Below are positions 41,249 through 54,151 of a stretch of 64,000 nt of DNA, one piece after another. The notes beneath the pieces are model-generated. The model saw only the letters and a program-made list of their open reading frames with translations. It made no database searches and was not told the DNA's origin. The stretch is from positions 108,573 through 172,572 of the forward strand of contig MTLP01000031.1 of assembly GCA_002009975.1 (NCBI GenBank), written 5' to 3'. The stretch is from Thermococcus sp. JdFR-02 (GTDB lineage Archaea; Methanobacteriota_B; Thermococci; Thermococcales; Thermococcaceae). Numbering within the stretch: the stretch's first letter is position 1; the number at the start of each line of letters is the position of its first letter. The position numbers were made by a program, and so were the translations under genes.

Positions 41249-41831
41249 ATTCTCTCACCGCCAAATCCAATATTTTTACCAACTCATTAACTGCTTCCTC
41301 AAGACCTTTATCTTCATGGTTTTCTATTATCTTTATAAGTGCATTGGAATACATCGCATAAGTAATTGCAGCTGCCCTATTTAAATCTTGGTGTCTCTTA
41401 ATTTGTTCTTCAGTTTCGACATCTCTATCCCTCTTCAGGTCTCTAAGTCTTCTTCCCAAGATTTCACTTGGATAGGCTTCAATTATAACTATAAAGTTCG
41501 GATTTATTGTTTCTATAACTTCCCTAGGCAATCCCAACAGATAGCCCAAAGGTGTTTTGATAGTACAATGAGTATCCAATAATATTGGTTGCACTTTCGC
41601 CATTTCAGCTATTTTTTGAGCTGTTTTCAATTGAAGCTCCCTCTGAACTTTTAAACTCAACTTTCTCATTTCATCTCTGTGGGTGACTAAGCCTGATTTC
41701 ACTGCTTCTTGAAACATTAAATCACCAAAGTTGATTAACCTAAACCTCGCCCGTGTCCTTTTAAGGGCTATCCTCGTAATCGTGCTTTTCCCAACTCCAG
41801 GAATACCGGTTATGACAACCACAAATGGCAT
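41241..41831 (-). CDS. adkA: Archaeal adenylate kinase
   Basis: [28 protein letters not shown]. Confidence 0.95.
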   Translation of the reverse strand: MPFVVVITGIPGVGKSTITRIALKRTRARFRLINFGDLMFQEAVKSGLVTHRDEMRKLSLKVQRELQLKTAQKIAEMAKVQPILLDTHCTIKTPLGYLLGLPREVIETINPNFIVIIEAYPSEILGRRLRDLKRDRDVETEEQIKRHQDLNRAAAITYAMYSNALIKIIENHEDKGLEEAVNELVKILDLAVREYA

Positions 41832-41979
41832 TTAGCTCACCCAACAGGCAATTGTGACCATAATTTGATATCCAGATTTTTGACTGCCAAAAAAATAGAG
41901 GAGAATTGGGTTTAAAGGTTTTTTGGAATTTGTAAAAAGTGAGTCTAAAAATATATGGTATAAACAAAAAAGAGAAAAT

Positions 41980-43368
41980 TCACTCTCCAAAGATTTTGCG
42001 TAACATTGGGAACATTTCACTAACCTGCTCCCTTGCAATTTCTTCATAGAATCTGTAAAGAATACCCACCGTCAACAGTATACCAGTACCTGTACCTAAT
42101 GCACCAAGGAAGTCAGCCAATATTGCTACTGTTGCCAATGTAAACGAACCTAAGAAGGTTACATAGGGTATGTATTTATTCAAGACCCTTTCCAATATTC
42201 TTGGATCCCTTCTAAATCCTGGGATTTGAAGTCCCGCTCTTTGAAGTTGTCTTGCTATACTCTTTGCATCTAAGCCAGTAAGTTCAACCCATAGGAATCC
42301 GAAGATTAATGCCCAGAATATCGTCATTATTGCATAACCTAATGCCCTCCAAGGATCACCCATTACATGGAATATATCCCTTGGTGGAATTGTATAGAGC
42401 ACAAAACCAGAGATTGCACGCCCTGTTTCATCAAATTGACCCAATATTGGATATCCAATCCTTACAAGCAATCTTGCCCAAAGCTGTATGTTAGCATAGA
42501 GAGCAAAAGTCAAAATAATTGGAATGTTTGAAACGTACATGAATCTAATTGGATATCTTCCCCTAACTGTGACTCTTCCATAGCTTAATGGTATTTCTAC
42601 TCTCATGCTCTCCAAATAAACGACTATTAGGAATATTACAACCGTTGCCAAAACATCAACCATGTCTGGGAGGGTTCCTCTATACAGCGCTCCAGTAAGA
42701 TCACCACTAACTATGTGTTGTATAAACGCTGGAATTGCACCCAAAATAGCTGGCTTTCCAGTTAAAGGATCAATAACTTGAGTTGTTGATAGAGGATTGA
42801 AAGCTCTTGTAATGATCGTTTGTGAAACTCCAGCTGCGATGAATAAACTAATACCACTACCTATACCCCATTTGCTTACCAATTCATCCATTATCATGAT
42901 CATTATTCCACCAAATGCAAGCTGGAGCATTAATAGTATTTTTATACTCAATGCTGGATTACCAAAAGCACCTGCAAACACGTAAATAGCTGCTTCAAAG
43001 AAACACATAAACACTGCAAATACCTTTTGCAATGCTTGGTAAAATCTTCTATCTTCTGGATTGGAAAGATCCAATTTTATAATCTCAGAACCAACTAATA
43101 ATTGCATAATAATACCTGCTGTAACAATTGGACCAATACCTAATGTGAGAACAGATCCGCTTTTACCTGCTAGAACAACCCTCAACGTTTCAAAATAATC
43201 TTGCACTCTTGCTGGCAAGCCAAACAATGGAATTTCAGCTAAAAGGAAGTACAATAATAAAACAAGCCCTGTCCAAGCAAGTTTCTCCTTTAAAGGAATA
43301 TGCCTCTTTGGTCTTTCAATTTCTGGAAACATGTGTTCAATTTTATAGACTATTTCCCTTGCTCCCAT
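41980..43368 (-). CDS. secY: Preprotein translocase subunit SecY
   Basis: [38 protein letters not shown]. Confidence 0.97.
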   Translation of the reverse strand: MGAREIVYKIEHMFPEIERPKRHIPLKEKLAWTGLVLLLYFLLAEIPLFGLPARVQDYFETLRVVLAGKSGSVLTLGIGPIVTAGIIMQLLVGSEIIKLDLSNPEDRRFYQALQKVFAVFMCFFEAAIYVFAGAFGNPALSIKILLMLQLAFGGIMIMIMDELVSKWGIGSGISLFIAAGVSQTIITRAFNPLSTTQVIDPLTGKPAILGAIPAFIQHIVSGDLTGALYRGTLPDMVDVLATVVIFLIVVYLESMRVEIPLSYGRVTVRGRYPIRFMYVSNIPIILTFALYANIQLWARLLVRIGYPILGQFDETGRAISGFVLYTIPPRDIFHVMGDPWRALGYAIMTIFWALIFGFLWVELTGLDAKSIARQLQRAGLQIPGFRRDPRILERVLNKYIPYVTFLGSFTLATVAILADFLGALGTGTGILLTVGILYRFYEEIAREQVSEMFPMLRKIFGE

Positions 43369-43400
43369 GCTTAACACCTACCAAGAGTTAAAAAGAAAAT

Positions 43401-43844
43401 TCAAGCAAGCAGAGCTTCTCCCCCTGCTTCAACAATCTTTTCCTGAGCCTTGGGGGAGAAAGCTCTCGCCTTGATAACTAAAGGCTTTGTAAGCTTTCCA
43501 GTTCCCAAAACCTTATCAGCAAATTGGGTTGTGTCAACTATTATCTTCCCACCTTCTTCATAGGCAATTCCCATTTGCATTAACTCATCCAAGTTTTCAT
43601 CGATGAACTTTAAGTTCACAGTTATTACTTCTCTCTGAACTGCTTTAGGTCTCTTGAAACCGTACTTTCCTAAGTGATCTGGCATGTATTTAATGACCCA
43701 AGTCCATTTGGTCTTTTTTCTCTTTCCTGTTCCTGCCATTCCTCTACCGCCCTTGTGCCCTCCACCGCGGTGCTTTTTCTTACATCCCCATCCATGAGTG
43801 TGAGAACCTCTAAGCTTTCTCACCTTCTTTTTTCTCCTGATCAT
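43401..43844 (-). CDS. rpl15: 50S ribosomal protein L15
   Basis: [22 protein letters not shown]. Confidence 0.95.
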   Translation of the reverse strand: MIRRKKKVRKLRGSHTHGWGCKKKHRGGGHKGGRGMAGTGKRKKTKWTWVIKYMPDHLGKYGFKRPKAVQREVITVNLKFIDENLDELMQMGIAYEEGGKIIVDTTQFADKVLGTGKLTKPLVIKARAFSPKAQEKIVEAGGEALLA

Positions 43845-43854
43845 TTTCAGCACC

Positions 43855-44319
43855 TCACAACATCCTCTCAATTAGTTCCTTTATCTTCTCGCCTCTATAT
43901 CCTAAGCTTCCCCCTTCTTTGAATGTTCTCTTTTTTGTTTTAAAGCCGCCTCTTGGTGGATGAAGTCTAAACACTGGCTTTAAGTTTGGCAAATCCTTTA
44001 AACTCTTCTCTCCTTTGATAACTGCTTCAGCAAATTCTTCAATTGTCATTCCAAGTTTTTCTTTTACATACTCATCTGTAACTGGTTTGTTTCCTAAAAG
44101 CTTTCCTCTTTTCTTGATGAGTTTAGCTAAGGTTTCTGCATCTATTTCTCCCCAAGTTATGTAATCCTTGGCTTTTTGAATCATGCCCTTGTATGAAGGT
44201 GTGTCGTCAACTATTACACAGTGATTAACCTTATGAAGCCTAAGCATTGCTAAGGTATCTTTCACTGGCTTTTTAACGCCAACTCTTCCCCCAACCCTAA
44301 TTATAGCTATCTTTGTCAT
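43855..44319 (-). CDS. rpl30: 50S ribosomal protein L30
   Basis: [28 protein letters not shown]. Confidence 0.95.
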   Translation of the reverse strand: MTKIAIIRVGGRVGVKKPVKDTLAMLRLHKVNHCVIVDDTPSYKGMIQKAKDYITWGEIDAETLAKLIKKRGKLLGNKPVTDEYVKEKLGMTIEEFAEAVIKGEKSLKDLPNLKPVFRLHPPRGGFKTKKRTFKEGGSLGYRGEKIKELIERML

Positions 44320-44330
44320 CTCTCTTCACC

Positions 44331-45038
44331 TCACAAGTCAAAGCTTTGGGGCATCTCTCTACCTATTGTGATACCATATCTCTTAATCATCTCTGGTTGA
44401 ATAGCTACTTTGTTCGTGTTGTATAAGGCATCAAAAACTGCTTTTGCAAAGTTAACTGTTGTTCTTGTTTCTCCAAATGTTTGTGACCATGCATCTTTGA
44501 TTCCTGCTAGAGATAAGATCTTCTTACCAACGTCACCGATAACTAAGCCCAAACCTCTTGGTCCTGGCATTAGTTTAACCTTAACGCTACCACTCTTTCC
44601 TTCAACTGCAAATGGTACTGAGTGTGGTCTTCTACATCTACACTCCCATGAACCACAGCCTCTCTTAACCTCAATTATGTTCATTTTAGCGTAGCTCAAA
44701 GCTTTCCTAATTGCAATACCTGTTTCCCTCCCATGTCCGATACCTAATCCAACGTAGCCATCTCTGTTTCCAACAGCAGCTAAAACTCTAAATCTAACCC
44801 TTCTACCACTGTCCGTCATTCTAACAGTCAAAGTTATGTCAAGTATCTCTTGATTTTCCCTTGAATTAACTTCTGGGAGTAGAATATCAACAATTTCTGG
44901 TTCCTTTATTTGATAACCCTTTCTAAATACTTCGCTTATATCTGTAATTTGTCCTTCCTTTACGAGCATTCCTAATTTAGTTCTTGGTTGCCATTCCTCT
45001 AAAACCCTTTGAGCGTAGTCCTTCCAGTTTTGACTCAC
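44331..45038 (-). CDS. rps5: 30S ribosomal protein S5
   Basis: [25 protein letters not shown]; GTG start. Confidence 0.95.
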   Translation of the reverse strand: MSQNWKDYAQRVLEEWQPRTKLGMLVKEGQITDISEVFRKGYQIKEPEIVDILLPEVNSRENQEILDITLTVRMTDSGRRVRFRVLAAVGNRDGYVGLGIGHGRETGIAIRKALSYAKMNIIEVKRGCGSWECRCRRPHSVPFAVEGKSGSVKVKLMPGPRGLGLVIGDVGKKILSLAGIKDAWSQTFGETRTTVNFAKAVFDALYNTNKVAIQPEMIKRYGITIGREMPQSFDL

Positions 45039-45043
45039 TTTTC

Positions 45044-45640
45044 TCACCTCTTAAACTTCTCAATTATTCTCGCCTTAACCTCATCAAAGTGCTCTGGAAG
45101 TTTCTCAGGTTCTAATCCTTTAAGCAAGTATCCACCAAATTGTCTCCTGTATTTCTCCTCATCTTCTTCCTTAAGCATCTTTGCATATTCAGCTATAGTT
45201 TCTCCTCTTATTCTATCCTCACTTGGATAAATCTCCTCACTATGTGGAACGTTTAAGCCTGCATCGACTGCACCTTTTAGTATGGCGAAAATACTTGAGC
45301 CCTTTGTTGGTGGGTGTAATCCAATATCTAAGATCGCTTCGCTTATTCCTTTCTCTAAAGCTTTGTATCCAATAAGCAAACCTACGAGGTAAGCACTTGG
45401 AGTATTTCCGCAGTGCCCTTTCCAGCCAAAATCCCTCATTAGTTCTCTTGTATGAGCTGAAACTAAGGTTTTATCACCTTTTGGATCGTAAACAACAATT
45501 TGAGCTACATGATGGTTGAGTGTCTTCCTAACAACTAATCTTGGCTTTCCAGACTTGAGTAAAGCTAACCTCTTATGATAGTTAGTCTTACCCTCCCTCC
45601 TCCTTCTGAATGGAACTCTATATCTTGGTCCATGTGCCAT
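45044..45640 (-). CDS. rpl18: 50S ribosomal protein L18
   Basis: [31 protein letters not shown]. Confidence 0.96.
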   Translation of the reverse strand: MAHGPRYRVPFRRRREGKTNYHKRLALLKSGKPRLVVRKTLNHHVAQIVVYDPKGDKTLVSAHTRELMRDFGWKGHCGNTPSAYLVGLLIGYKALEKGISEAILDIGLHPPTKGSSIFAILKGAVDAGLNVPHSEEIYPSEDRIRGETIAEYAKMLKEEDEEKYRRQFGGYLLKGLEPEKLPEHFDEVKARIIEKFKR

Positions 45641-45645
45641 TTATA

Positions 45646-46095
45646 TCACCTCTTTAATATCTCCTTTTCCTCCATGTAGAGGTACAACTGGTGCTTGCTC
45701 TTGAAGTGACCGCCTTTAGCCATTATGTAAAGTCTTCTATAGGTTGATCTGTCGATCTTCTTCTCTTCTTTGAGCTTCCTCAACTCTTTTCTTAAAGCCC
45801 TAATAGTCATCATCCACTTCTCTTTTCTACCCATTCTTGCTGTTTTCTTCCCTTTCTTGCTTCCGGGTCCCCTGTGTCTCCCCTTTCTTCTCTCTATTTG
45901 CCTAACTTTAGCCCTTGCTCTGCTTGTTCCTTTTATTGGCTTCTTCTTTATTACTCCCTCTTTAATGAGCTTTCTAATGTCTTCCCTTGTAATCGCAGCG
46001 ACTACATCTTCAATTCTCTCTGGGTCAATCCAAATTCTATTCTCGCCACACTTTAATAGTTCAGCAGCAATCCTCCTTTGCATTTCAAGCTTCAT
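45646..46095 (-). CDS. rpl19e: 50S ribosomal protein L19e
   Basis: [27 protein letters not shown]. Confidence 0.96.
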   Translation of the reverse strand: MKLEMQRRIAAELLKCGENRIWIDPERIEDVVAAITREDIRKLIKEGVIKKKPIKGTSRARAKVRQIERRKGRHRGPGSKKGKKTARMGRKEKWMMTIRALRKELRKLKEEKKIDRSTYRRLYIMAKGGHFKSKHQLYLYMEEKEILKR

Positions 46096-46101
46096 GGCTC
46101 A

Positions 46102-46488
46102 TCACACCCTCGCATTTAAAACTTTAATTCCCAATTCCTTTGCTCTCTCAATAATTGCCATCCTCTTCCTCTTACCTACTGTGTGAGCGATTCTTGCTGC
46201 TTGTCTTTGTGGATCGAGCATTTCCAACTCTTTGACGTTGTGGATTAAAACATCTTCGTAGCCACTTGGGTGCAATCCTCTAACGAGCCTTGGTGAACTC
46301 CATCCAATGCTTGGGCTCCTTGCTTTCCCTTTAAGCTTCATTCTCATCTTGCTGTCTGTTCCTTTTGGTCTCCTCCACTTTGGATCATTCTTAAATTTAT
46401 CAAAGCGCCACCATTCCTGTCTGAGGAATTTTGGCTTTTTCCTCTTGAGTTTAGCCCTTAATCTTAATAGTCTCGCTTTCTCATTCAT
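46102..46488 (-). CDS. rpl32e: 50S ribosomal protein L32e
   Basis: [19 protein letters not shown]. Confidence 0.96.
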   Translation of the reverse strand: MNEKARLLRLRAKLKRKKPKFLRQEWWRFDKFKNDPKWRRPKGTDSKMRMKLKGKARSPSIGWSSPRLVRGLHPSGYEDVLIHNVKELEMLDPQRQAARIAHTVGKRKRMAIIERAKELGIKVLNARV

Positions 46489-46498
46489 TTCTCACACC

Positions 46499-47053
46499 TC
46501 AGAATTTTATCGGCTTTCCGGCTTTTTCAATTATATATATACCATCTTGGAAAACTCTCCTATCTCTTCCCGTAATCCTCGTGGCTTGTTCAATATTTGC
46601 AGCTGTTTGTCCAACTTTCTCCTTGTCGATTCCTTCAACTATTAGCTCTTGCCCTTGCACTTTAACAGTAACTCCTGGCAAGATTTGAGCTATTCTTGGT
46701 GCTTTTTCACCAAGGAAGTTCTCGATGTAAACTTTATCTCCTTTAACCTTAACCGTCATTGGGAAGTGGCTGTAGACAATTTTAAGCTTATATGTAAAGC
46801 CCTCTGTAACTCCTCTTATCATGTTTGCAATGTGGGCTTTGAAAGTTCTTGCAATTGCAATGTCCTTTCTCCTTGGAAAGTCTTTGTATACTACAACCTT
46901 CCCATCTTCAATGAATAACTTAACCCCTGGATAGCTAAACTCTCTCTCAAGCTCCCCCTTTGGACCTTTAACCTTAACAGTGCTATTCGTAATTTCAACT
47001 GTAACTCCCTCTGGGATTTCAACCTCTTCTTTTACCCATGCATCAATTGGCAT
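46499..47053 (-). CDS. rpl6: 50S ribosomal protein L6
   Basis: [29 protein letters not shown]. Confidence 0.96.
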   Translation of the reverse strand: MPIDAWVKEEVEIPEGVTVEITNSTVKVKGPKGELEREFSYPGVKLFIEDGKVVVYKDFPRRKDIAIARTFKAHIANMIRGVTEGFTYKLKIVYSHFPMTVKVKGDKVYIENFLGEKAPRIAQILPGVTVKVQGQELIVEGIDKEKVGQTAANIEQATRITGRDRRVFQDGIYIIEKAGKPIKF

Positions 47054-47063
47054 CTCTCTCACC

Positions 47064-47456
47064 TCAGTAGATGTAAGCTATTAACCTTCCACCAATTCCC
47101 TTCTCAATGGCTTGCTTGTGGGTCATTACTCCTTGTGATGTTGAGACAACTAATATACCAAACTCGAATGCTGGGAGGAATCTCTTTTCCCACTTCTCGA
47201 ACTCTGCAACTTTAACTGGAAATCTTGGCTTTATTGCACCAGCCTTGTTTATCTTTCCAATTAGCTGAACCCTATAAATTCCAGCTCTTCCATCATCTAT
47301 AAATTCAAACTCACCAATGTAACCGTTCTCTTGCATAACTCTAAGAACTTCTCCAATAAGCTTTGATGCTGGTTTTATGTAAACCTCCTTCTTTCCAACT
47401 CTCTCTGAATTTGTAATGTGTGACAAAGCATTTGCCAATGGGTCAAGTAAAGTCAT
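47064..47456 (-). CDS. rps8: 30S ribosomal protein S8
   Basis: [28 protein letters not shown]. Confidence 0.96.
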   Translation of the reverse strand: MTLLDPLANALSHITNSERVGKKEVYIKPASKLIGEVLRVMQENGYIGEFEFIDDGRAGIYRVQLIGKINKAGAIKPRFPVKVAEFEKWEKRFLPAFEFGILVVSTSQGVMTHKQAIEKGIGGRLIAYIY

Positions 47457-47467
47457 CTTTTCTCACC

Positions 47468-47638
47468 TCACTCGTATTTCCTAAAGCCTAACTTAGGAGC
47501 CATCTCCCTAAAGCAGTGCCTACACAACATTAAACCATGAATTCTAATAACTGGACCATACTGTCCACATCTAACACATCTTCTCGCTCCTTTTCCAAAC
47601 TTCCTTACTTTTCTTCTGTTATAGTCAGCCTTAGCCAT
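47468..47638 (-). CDS. rps14: 30S ribosomal protein S14 (zinc-binding type; absent from the ORF track)
   Basis: Manual translation [56 protein letters not shown] (56 aa). Confidence 0.95.
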   Translation of the reverse strand: MAKADYNRRKVRKFGKGARRCVRCGQYGPVIRIHGLMLCRHCFREMAPKLGFRKYE

Positions 47639-47640
47639 AA

Positions 47641-48186
47641 TCATCCCTCCACAATCTCAACGCCAAACTCTTCCTGCATGAAAACAATACCTTCCTCCTT
47701 TGTGAGCTTGTGCTTTGTTGGGATGTGGTGCCTTCTCCTTCTTCTCTTTGCCACTCTAAACCCTGGTCTCTCCAGTGTGACACAAACGTCCATACCAAAG
47801 ATACCTATTTCTGGGTCATACTCTACACCAGGGATATTAATATGCTCATCAATTCCAAAGCATATGTTTCCGTGCTTATCAAAACTTGAAGCCTTAAGCT
47901 TGTTATCAACAGCAGCCAAAAGCCTCTTTAGCATTTCATATGCTTTCTCGCCCCTCAATGTGACTTTAAGTGCTATTGGTTCTCCTCTTCTAATACCGAA
48001 GTCTCTGTTGGTCTTCTTAGCTTTTCTCCTGATTGGCTTTTGACCAACCAAGCTCTCTAACATTTTCTCTGCCTTTGTTAATCTTTCACCGCTCTCTCCA
48101 ACACCAATGTTGATTGTAACCTTTTCAATTCTTGGTCTCCTCATTGGATGAGCTTCCCAATCAGCTAAAATTGCCTCTCTATTCAT
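47641..48186 (-). CDS. rpl5: 50S ribosomal protein L5
   Basis: [33 protein letters not shown]. Confidence 0.96.
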   Translation of the reverse strand: MNREAILADWEAHPMRRPRIEKVTINIGVGESGERLTKAEKMLESLVGQKPIRRKAKKTNRDFGIRRGEPIALKVTLRGEKAYEMLKRLLAAVDNKLKASSFDKHGNICFGIDEHINIPGVEYDPEIGIFGMDVCVTLERPGFRVAKRRRRRHHIPTKHKLTKEEGIVFMQEEFGVEIVEG

Positions 48187-48197
48187 CTCGCTTCACC

Positions 48198-48944
48198 TCA
48201 TGGTAGTGAAATCCTTGGCTTGTCCTTACCTATAACGAAGGCGTATTCTTTCAATGTGTCGAATAGCTCGCCTTCTTCGTCCTCAATTGTAACCACATCT
48301 GGCCAACCAGCTGGGAAGTGCCTTACTTCAACGATCTTACCCTTTCTTGCAACGTTCTTACCTTGAGTAACGAAGACGTAAGAACCAATTTCGAATGGAA
48401 TAATTTCGATTATTTCTCTCTCTGGCATTTTCATGAGAAGTGTGTCAAATGTGTGATACTTGTCCTTTGTTTCATCGGTTAGTGAGCTCAGCTTAACTAA
48501 GTGATTGCTTCCATCGTGCAAATTAAGTTGTAAGTTTCCACCTTTAACCATTCTCTTGTTATTAACTTTCATTGGTTTGATTTTAGCCTCTTCCTCGCTT
48601 ATTGGGTGCAAAATTAGCTTTCCAAGTCTATTTGGGAATACTCTATAGTGCTCTCCACTTGCTGGTATTGAAACTATATCCATAATACCTACTGGGAATT
48701 TGTAGTCTTTCCTAACTTTCCCATCAACAAGAACCTTACCTTCATTTAGAATCTTTCTTGCCTCTCTTGCTGTCTTTGCATAACCTAGATAGTCTCTAAT
48801 TATGTACAATAGTGGAATTGAGGTTTTCATGCTATGGGGACCTGGTGAAGGCTTAACTGCCCATTTGAATGCTTTCCTTTCAATATACCATGAAGTGGGT
48901 GCAGCCAATCTCTTTAAGTGCCTCTTAGCACCTTTCCTCGCCAT
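48198..48944 (-). CDS. rps4e: 30S ribosomal protein S4e
   Basis: [28 protein letters not shown]. Confidence 0.96.
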   Translation of the reverse strand: MARKGAKRHLKRLAAPTSWYIERKAFKWAVKPSPGPHSMKTSIPLLYIIRDYLGYAKTAREARKILNEGKVLVDGKVRKDYKFPVGIMDIVSIPASGEHYRVFPNRLGKLILHPISEEEAKIKPMKVNNKRMVKGGNLQLNLHDGSNHLVKLSSLTDETKDKYHTFDTLLMKMPEREIIEIIPFEIGSYVFVTQGKNVARKGKIVEVRHFPAGWPDVVTIEDEEGELFDTLKEYAFVIGKDKPRISLP

Positions 48945-48946
48945 AT

Positions 48947-49309
48947 TCAAGCCCTCCTCTCAATTATCTCTTTTCTCTTCTCATCATCTAAGTTGAGTTC
49001 AATTATCATGACATTTGAGGGATGCACTGGATAGAACACTTCAGTACCATTAACTTTCTTAACTGTAACTCCCTCGATGTAGATCCTATAGCGCTTTAAG
49101 TCAACTTCTACCACTTTTCCTTCATGACCCTTGAAATCGCCCCTCATAACTCTAACTTTATCTCCCTTCCTAATTGGAATCGTTCTAAAGCCATATTTTT
49201 GCCTCAATTCTGTTGAAAGAGTTGCACTCATAATTTTTTGCCTCAAATGTAGAGGAGCGTTATAAAGAAACTTCCTTTGCTTTCTTGGTTGTTTAGTCTT
49301 CAACTTCAT
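48947..49309 (-). CDS. rpl24: 50S ribosomal protein L24
   Basis: [30 protein letters not shown]. Confidence 0.96.
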   Translation of the reverse strand: MKLKTKQPRKQRKFLYNAPLHLRQKIMSATLSTELRQKYGFRTIPIRKGDKVRVMRGDFKGHEGKVVEVDLKRYRIYIEGVTVKKVNGTEVFYPVHPSNVMIIELNLDDEKRKEIIERRA

Positions 49310-49319
49310 TTATCTCACC

Positions 49320-49754
49320 TCACAATATTGTGCTCGCAATACTTCCTAACCTAACCCACTTTTCAGCAGCTTCTCTTGCAATTGGACCTCTAATTTCAGT
49401 TCCTCTTGGAACTCCATCCTCAGTTGTAACAACCGCTGCATTATCTTCAAACTTGACTCTCATTCCATCCAATCTCTTATATTCCTTTCTTTGTCTAACA
49501 ATTACCGCTCTAACCACTTGGTGCCTTATATCTGGTCTTCCTTTCTTCACTGCTGCAATTACCATATCTCCTACTCCAGCTGAAGCCAATCTTCTCCTAA
49601 CGCCTTTGTATCCAACAACACCGATTATTTGCAAAACCTTTGCACCTGAGTTGTCTGCACAGACTAAGTAAGCACCAACGGGCAAAGCTCTTGTTGGTCT
49701 AACTGGGCTTACACCTCTAGTTGCACCAGCACCTTTCTTTCCTCTCTTTGCCAT
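49320..49754 (-). CDS. rpl14: 50S ribosomal protein L14
   Basis: [23 protein letters not shown]. Confidence 0.96.
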   Translation of the reverse strand: MAKRGKKGAGATRGVSPVRPTRALPVGAYLVCADNSGAKVLQIIGVVGYKGVRRRLASAGVGDMVIAAVKKGRPDIRHQVVRAVIVRQRKEYKRLDGMRVKFEDNAAVVTTEDGVPRGTEIRGPIAREAAEKWVRLGSIASTIL

Positions 49755-49759
49755 CACAA

Positions 49760-50095
49760 TCACCTCTTCTCTGCCTTCTCAAGAACTGCTACTACAACAA
49801 AGTGCTTTGTTTTGCTTAGTGGTCTTGTTTCAGCAATCAAAACCTTGTCACCAGCTCTTGCGTTAATGCATGGTGGATTGTGTGCATGGATTTTGCTTTT
49901 TCTCAACTCATAACGTTCGTATTTTTTGAGGTAGTAGTAGTGTTGTCTTTCCACTGTTACGGTCTTTCTTGGCTTGTCGCTAACTACTATTCCCTCGAAT
50001 ACCCTACCATGAATCTTTAAGTGCCCATGCCAAGGGCACTTGGGATCATCGCATTTTTCAGCGGGAGGTTGAATCCTCAATCCAATGTCTCTCAT
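49760..50095 (-). CDS. rps17: 30S ribosomal protein S17
   Basis: [25 protein letters not shown]. Confidence 0.96.
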   Translation of the reverse strand: MRDIGLRIQPPAEKCDDPKCPWHGHLKIHGRVFEGIVVSDKPRKTVTVERQHYYYLKKYERYELRKSKIHAHNPPCINARAGDKVLIAETRPLSKTKHFVVVAVLEKAEKR

Positions 50096-50469
50096 CTTTT
50101 CCACCTCTTTTTCAATCTCATCTCAGGTCTTCCAATTAGTTCTTTTCCTTTAATCAGGATTTTTTTATGGTCAATTTCAAACTCAATTTCAACTTCCTTT
50201 TTTGGAACAATCCAAACCTTTTCTCCCAATATGATGAGGGTATTTTTCGTCTCGTCAATTACATATCCCTCGATCCCTACGAACCCTGGATGAGAGCTCC
50301 TCACTATTTTTGCCTTCAATCCTATGAGTTCATGGGATATTAAAGTTTTTTTGGTCACTCTATTTCGATTAATTCCTCTGAAAATCCATATTCTGCCAAT
50401 AAGTGCTTTACTTTTTCTCTGTGGTCTCCTTGAAGCTCTATCCTTCCGTTTTTTACTGTTCCTCCGCAT
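50092..50469 (-). CDS. rnp1: Ribonuclease P protein component 1 (Rpp29/POP4)
   Basis: [25 protein letters not shown]; start uncertain (ATG 50469 or GTG 50358). Confidence 0.88.
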   Translation of the reverse strand: MRRNSKKRKDRASRRPQRKSKALIGRIWIFRGINRNRVTKKTLISHELIGLKAKIVRSSHPGFVGIEGYVIDETKNTLIILGEKVWIVPKKEVEIEFEIDHKKILIKGKELIGRPEMRLKKRWKR

Positions 50470-50651
50470 GCCAACTTCGCCTTCAACTTTTTAGCAATTT
50501 CTTCCAAATCAAACTCTTTCTCGTCAATACCCTCAACTATTGTCTTGAGCTTTCCGTAGCGGGCCCTTTCTATGTATATCTTTATTCTTTGCTGCTCCTT
50601 CAAAACCTCCTTAAAGAGCATCTCATCTAAGGGATTTACAATTCTTGGCAC
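50355..50651 (-). CDS. Translation initiation factor aIF-1 (SUI1 homolog)
   Basis: [28 protein letters not shown]. Confidence 0.93.
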   Translation of the reverse strand: MPRIVNPLDEMLFKEVLKEQQRIKIYIERARYGKLKTIVEGIDEKEFDLEEIAKKLKAKLACGGTVKNGRIELQGDHREKVKHLLAEYGFSEELIEIE

Positions 50652-50657
50652 CTAACC

Positions 50658-50861
50658 TCACCTTTTCTTCTCCTTAAGTTTTTCATTCCTGATTGTAAGC
50701 AGCCTGGCTATATCACGTCTGAGATTTCTAATAACCATAGGATTCTCTAAAGAGGTACCCATGGTAAGCATACCTCTCTCCTTACTTAATTCCAATCTAA
50801 GCTCCCTAATTTTCTTGTCAATCTCCTCAATGCTCATCTCTCTAATCTCACTTGATCTCAT
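50658..50861 (-). CDS. rpl29: 50S ribosomal protein L29
   Basis: [24 protein letters not shown]. Confidence 0.94.
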   Translation of the reverse strand: MRSSEIREMSIEEIDKKIRELRLELSKERGMLTMGTSLENPMVIRNLRRDIARLLTIRNEKLKEKKR

Positions 50862-51478
50862 TGTTCGCTCACCTCTTCAACTGGCTTTTCAAGGATTTCA
50901 ATTTCATCTGGAAGCTTTGCATCTGGTGGCATTATTGCAACTTTAACGCCTAAAACACCCAACTTAAGCAAAGCTTGGGCATAACCTTTTGAAACCAATG
51001 TTTCAGCTGGATTTCCGACTTTAGCCAAATAACCTTGATAGAATCTAACGCTCTTTGCTCTCTCGCCTGTTAGCTTTCCACTGATCCTAATTTCCACTCC
51101 TCTTGCTCCGTTGTTCATAATTGCCCTTATTGCTGAATAAGCTGCTCTCCTAAAGTGTATTCCTCTTTCAAGAGCTTGAGCTAAGCGAACAGCTTGAACC
51201 TTTGCGTTGAGATAGGGATTTTTGATTTCTTCAACTTCAATCTGTGGGTTCTCTAAACCAAATTTTCTCTCCATAATTCTGGTAAGCTCTCTTATTCTCC
51301 TTCCACCTCTTCCAATAACGAAACCAGGATTTTCAGCGAAGATTATGATCTTTGTTCCAAGAGGTGTCTTTTTAATGTCCAATCCCCCATAACCCGCTCT
51401 TCTTAATTCCTTTTCGAGGTATTCATCGATGATCATTTCCTTAACTGCTTCCCTAATAAAATATCTCTCGATTGCCAT
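50858..51478 (-). CDS. rps3: 30S ribosomal protein S3
   Basis: KH motif [29 protein letters not shown]. Confidence 0.96.
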   Translation of the reverse strand: MAIERYFIREAVKEMIIDEYLEKELRRAGYGGLDIKKTPLGTKIIIFAENPGFVIGRGGRRIRELTRIMERKFGLENPQIEVEEIKNPYLNAKVQAVRLAQALERGIHFRRAAYSAIRAIMNNGARGVEIRISGKLTGERAKSVRFYQGYLAKVGNPAETLVSKGYAQALLKLGVLGVKVAIMPPDAKLPDEIEILEKPVEEVSEQ

Positions 51479-51482
51479 TAGC

Positions 51483-51947
51483 TCACCTCCTAATCTCCTC
51501 AACCACTATCTCAACATGGGTTGTCTGTTGGTTAAATGCTGTTGCTCTTCCAAATGCCCTTGGAATGTATCCTGGCAGAACTGGACCTTTGTGAGCTGCT
51601 GCATGGATTATCTTTAATCTATCTGGGTCCAATCCCTTTTGCTCTGCATTGTTCTTCACATTGAGGAGGATCTTTAAGATAGCCTTTGCAACTTTTACTG
51701 GGTACCTTCCAGGTCCAAAGCCTTTGCCTTTTTTATGCCCAAGTGAATCGTTAAAGCGTCTAATTGGAACTGGTCTCTTCAATGCAATGACATCCTCCAA
51801 GTATTTGATTGCATCATTAACCATCATGCCTTTGATCTCTCTGCACACTTCAATTGCAAATTTGGGGGAAACTCTTAGATCTCTACCATGAGCCCTTGCC
51901 ATTCTCTCTGGATCAAAATTTTGGAAAGAGTAGCCAAGTTTAGCCAT
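51483..51947 (-). CDS. rpl22: 50S ribosomal protein L22
   Basis: [20 protein letters not shown]. Confidence 0.96.
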   Translation of the reverse strand: MAKLGYSFQNFDPERMARAHGRDLRVSPKFAIEVCREIKGMMVNDAIKYLEDVIALKRPVPIRRFNDSLGHKKGKGFGPGRYPVKVAKAILKILLNVKNNAEQKGLDPDRLKIIHAAAHKGPVLPGYIPRAFGRATAFNQQTTHVEIVVEEIRR

Positions 51948-51958
51948 TTTAACTCACC

Positions 51959-52357
51959 TCACTTGATTGCAACGAACATTGAAGACCTTGTAGCACCAAC
52001 ACCTGGTGATCCGTGTTGGACCCTCTTTCTTGATAGAGCAAACTCACCTAAGTAATGACCAATCATTTCTGGCTTGATCTCGACAGGGACGAATTCCTTT
52101 CCGTTGTGAACATAAATCGTCATTCCAACCATTTCTGGAAGAATTACCATATCTCTGCTGTGTGTTCTAATTGGCTTCTTGTATTTTCCTCTTTTAGCTA
52201 GTCTAATTTTCCTTAATAGCTTCTTTTGCTCTGGACTCAATCCTCTCCTCAAGCTTCTCCTTTGTCTTGATGGGAAAAGCTTAGCAACTTCCTCAAGGGA
52301 CATGTTTAAAAGCTCTTCAAGGGTGTAACCGCGATAACTAAATTCTTTCCTTGCCAT
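51959..52357 (-). CDS. rps19: 30S ribosomal protein S19
   Basis: [24 protein letters not shown]. Confidence 0.96.
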   Translation of the reverse strand: MARKEFSYRGYTLEELLNMSLEEVAKLFPSRQRRSLRRGLSPEQKKLLRKIRLAKRGKYKKPIRTHSRDMVILPEMVGMTIYVHNGKEFVPVEIKPEMIGHYLGEFALSRKRVQHGSPGVGATRSSMFVAIK

Positions 52358-52367
52358 CTACACCACC

Positions 52368-53090
52368 TCACTTCCTCACTCCTGTTCTTCTCGCAGCTAT
52401 ATGACCAACCTTTCTTCCAGGTGGGGTGTTTTTCGCTGTAGTGGTTGGTCTTCCTGGGTGTTGGTGATTACCTCCACCAAATGGGTGATTAACTGCGTTC
52501 ATTGCAACACCTCTAACTTTTGGCCAATATCTGTTCTTTGCTTTCATTGCATAGTACTTCTTACCAGCCTTAACAAATGGCTTCTCTAATCTTCCACCAC
52601 CAGCGACAACTCCTATGGTCGCCCTACAATGTGGCTTGAAGTGCTTTAACTCACCGCTTGGCAATTGAATAATTACTTTATCAGCCTCTCTTGCTACTAC
52701 CAATGCATAAGTTCCTCCAGCTCTTACGTATTTTCCACCATCACCTGGAACAGCTTCAATGTTGTAAACGTAAGTACCCTCTGGAATCAATGCCAATGGT
52801 AAAGTGTTTCCAGCTTTTATTGGAGCATTTGGACCAATTGCTATCTCATCTCCAACCAACAATCCTTCAGGGGCTAAAATTAATTTTTCAAGCCCCTCTT
52901 CAAAAACTACCTTTGCAACAGGTGCTGTTCTTCCTGGGTCATGCATTATCTCAACTACCTTTCCAACCAAGGTTTTTTCTTTTGTTAAGTTAAGTGGGAG
53001 GTATTTTACAGCCCCTCTAAATCTGTGAGAGGGAGTTCTAAATGTAGGTGTTCCCTTACCTCTCCTTTGTTGAATCAAACTCTTACCCAT
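52368..53090 (-). CDS. rpl2: 50S ribosomal protein L2
   Basis: [29 protein letters not shown]. Confidence 0.96.
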   Translation of the reverse strand: MGKSLIQQRRGKGTPTFRTPSHRFRGAVKYLPLNLTKEKTLVGKVVEIMHDPGRTAPVAKVVFEEGLEKLILAPEGLLVGDEIAIGPNAPIKAGNTLPLALIPEGTYVYNIEAVPGDGGKYVRAGGTYALVVAREADKVIIQLPSGELKHFKPHCRATIGVVAGGGRLEKPFVKAGKKYYAMKAKNRYWPKVRGVAMNAVNHPFGGGNHQHPGRPTTTAKNTPPGRKVGHIAARRTGVRK

Positions 53091-53101
53091 TCTCACTCAC
53101 C

Positions 53102-53362
53102 TCAGAATAATCCAATCTTAGCAGCAATTTCACTTGCATTGTATTCAGGCTTCAACTTAACGTAAGCCTTCTTTTCACCCTTCATTGTTATTAGAGTGTT
53201 GACTTTCTCAACTTTAACCCCATAGATTTCTTCAACTGCCCTCTTTATATCTTGTTTTGTTGCCCTTCTATCAACTATGAATGTGAGCTTGTTTTCCCTT
53301 TCAATTAGTGAAACTGCTTTTTCCGTTACTACAGGTCTAACTATGACTCTATATGGGTCCAT
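53102..53362 (-). CDS. rpl23: 50S ribosomal protein L23
   Basis: PVVTEKA, KVNTL..KKAYVKL. Confidence 0.96.
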   Translation of the reverse strand: MDPYRVIVRPVVTEKAVSLIERENKLTFIVDRRATKQDIKRAVEEIYGVKVEKVNTLITMKGEKKAYVKLKPEYNASEIAAKIGLF

Positions 53363-53372
53363 CTATCTCACC

Positions 53373-54140
53373 TCATCCATAAATTTCCCTTAATCTCTCA
53401 ATTGCTCCCTTTGTCCAAATCGTCAATCTTCCAGGGTGTGTACCTGGAGCTAAAAGCTCAACACCCAAGTTGTCAACCAAAACTACATCTACTCCTGGGT
53501 GATTTCTTGCACCTTGAATTATTCCCTCGTTCTTTGCAACGACAATTAGTGGCCCTTTAGCTTTCTTATATCTCCTTCCTCTCATCTTACCCTTTCCAGC
53601 CCTAATCTTTGTGTTCTTCTTTGCCCTTTCAATATCTGCCCAAATTCCTAATTTCTTGAAGATTTCCCTTGTTTGAGCAGTCTTGAATATCTTTTCTAGC
53701 TCATCTTCAACTATTAATGGAACTTGTGGAACATTATCGACTACGTGTCCTCTTGCCCTAACTAAATCATAGTTAGCGGTTGCAGCTATAGCACTCATTA
53801 AAGCTAATCTCCTCTCCTTCTTGTTTATTCCTTCCCAGATGATCTTCTCGACTTTTGGTGGGTGTGCTCTTCTTCCACCCCTTGCAAATGGGACAAATGC
53901 TGCAAACCTTGGTGGTGTCTTGATTCTCCTTACTCTTGCCATTCCATGACCCTTTCCAATTGATTCAGCGCTTGTTCTTTTACCAGCCATAGGATCTGTT
54001 CCCCATGGTTGAATTCTATGTGTCCATGAGGCAATTACAGCTCTTCTAATTAGATCTGGTCTGAAAGGAGTTTTGAAGACCTTTGGTAACTCAATCTCTT
54101 CAATTGGCTCGCCATTTAAAGAGTAAACGTAAACTTTCAT
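53373..54140 (-). CDS. rpl4: 50S ribosomal protein L4
   Basis: [30 protein letters not shown]. Confidence 0.96.
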   Translation of the reverse strand: MKVYVYSLNGEPIEEIELPKVFKTPFRPDLIRRAVIASWTHRIQPWGTDPMAGKRTSAESIGKGHGMARVRRIKTPPRFAAFVPFARGGRRAHPPKVEKIIWEGINKKERRLALMSAIAATANYDLVRARGHVVDNVPQVPLIVEDELEKIFKTAQTREIFKKLGIWADIERAKKNTKIRAGKGKMRGRRYKKAKGPLIVVAKNEGIIQGARNHPGVDVVLVDNLGVELLAPGTHPGRLTIWTKGAIERLREIYG

Positions 54141-54151
54141 ACATCCTCACC

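Noticed and set aside
41761-42047. Short ORFs between secY and adk
   Set aside because: They overlap neighbouring genes and the promoter/terminator region, with no coding features
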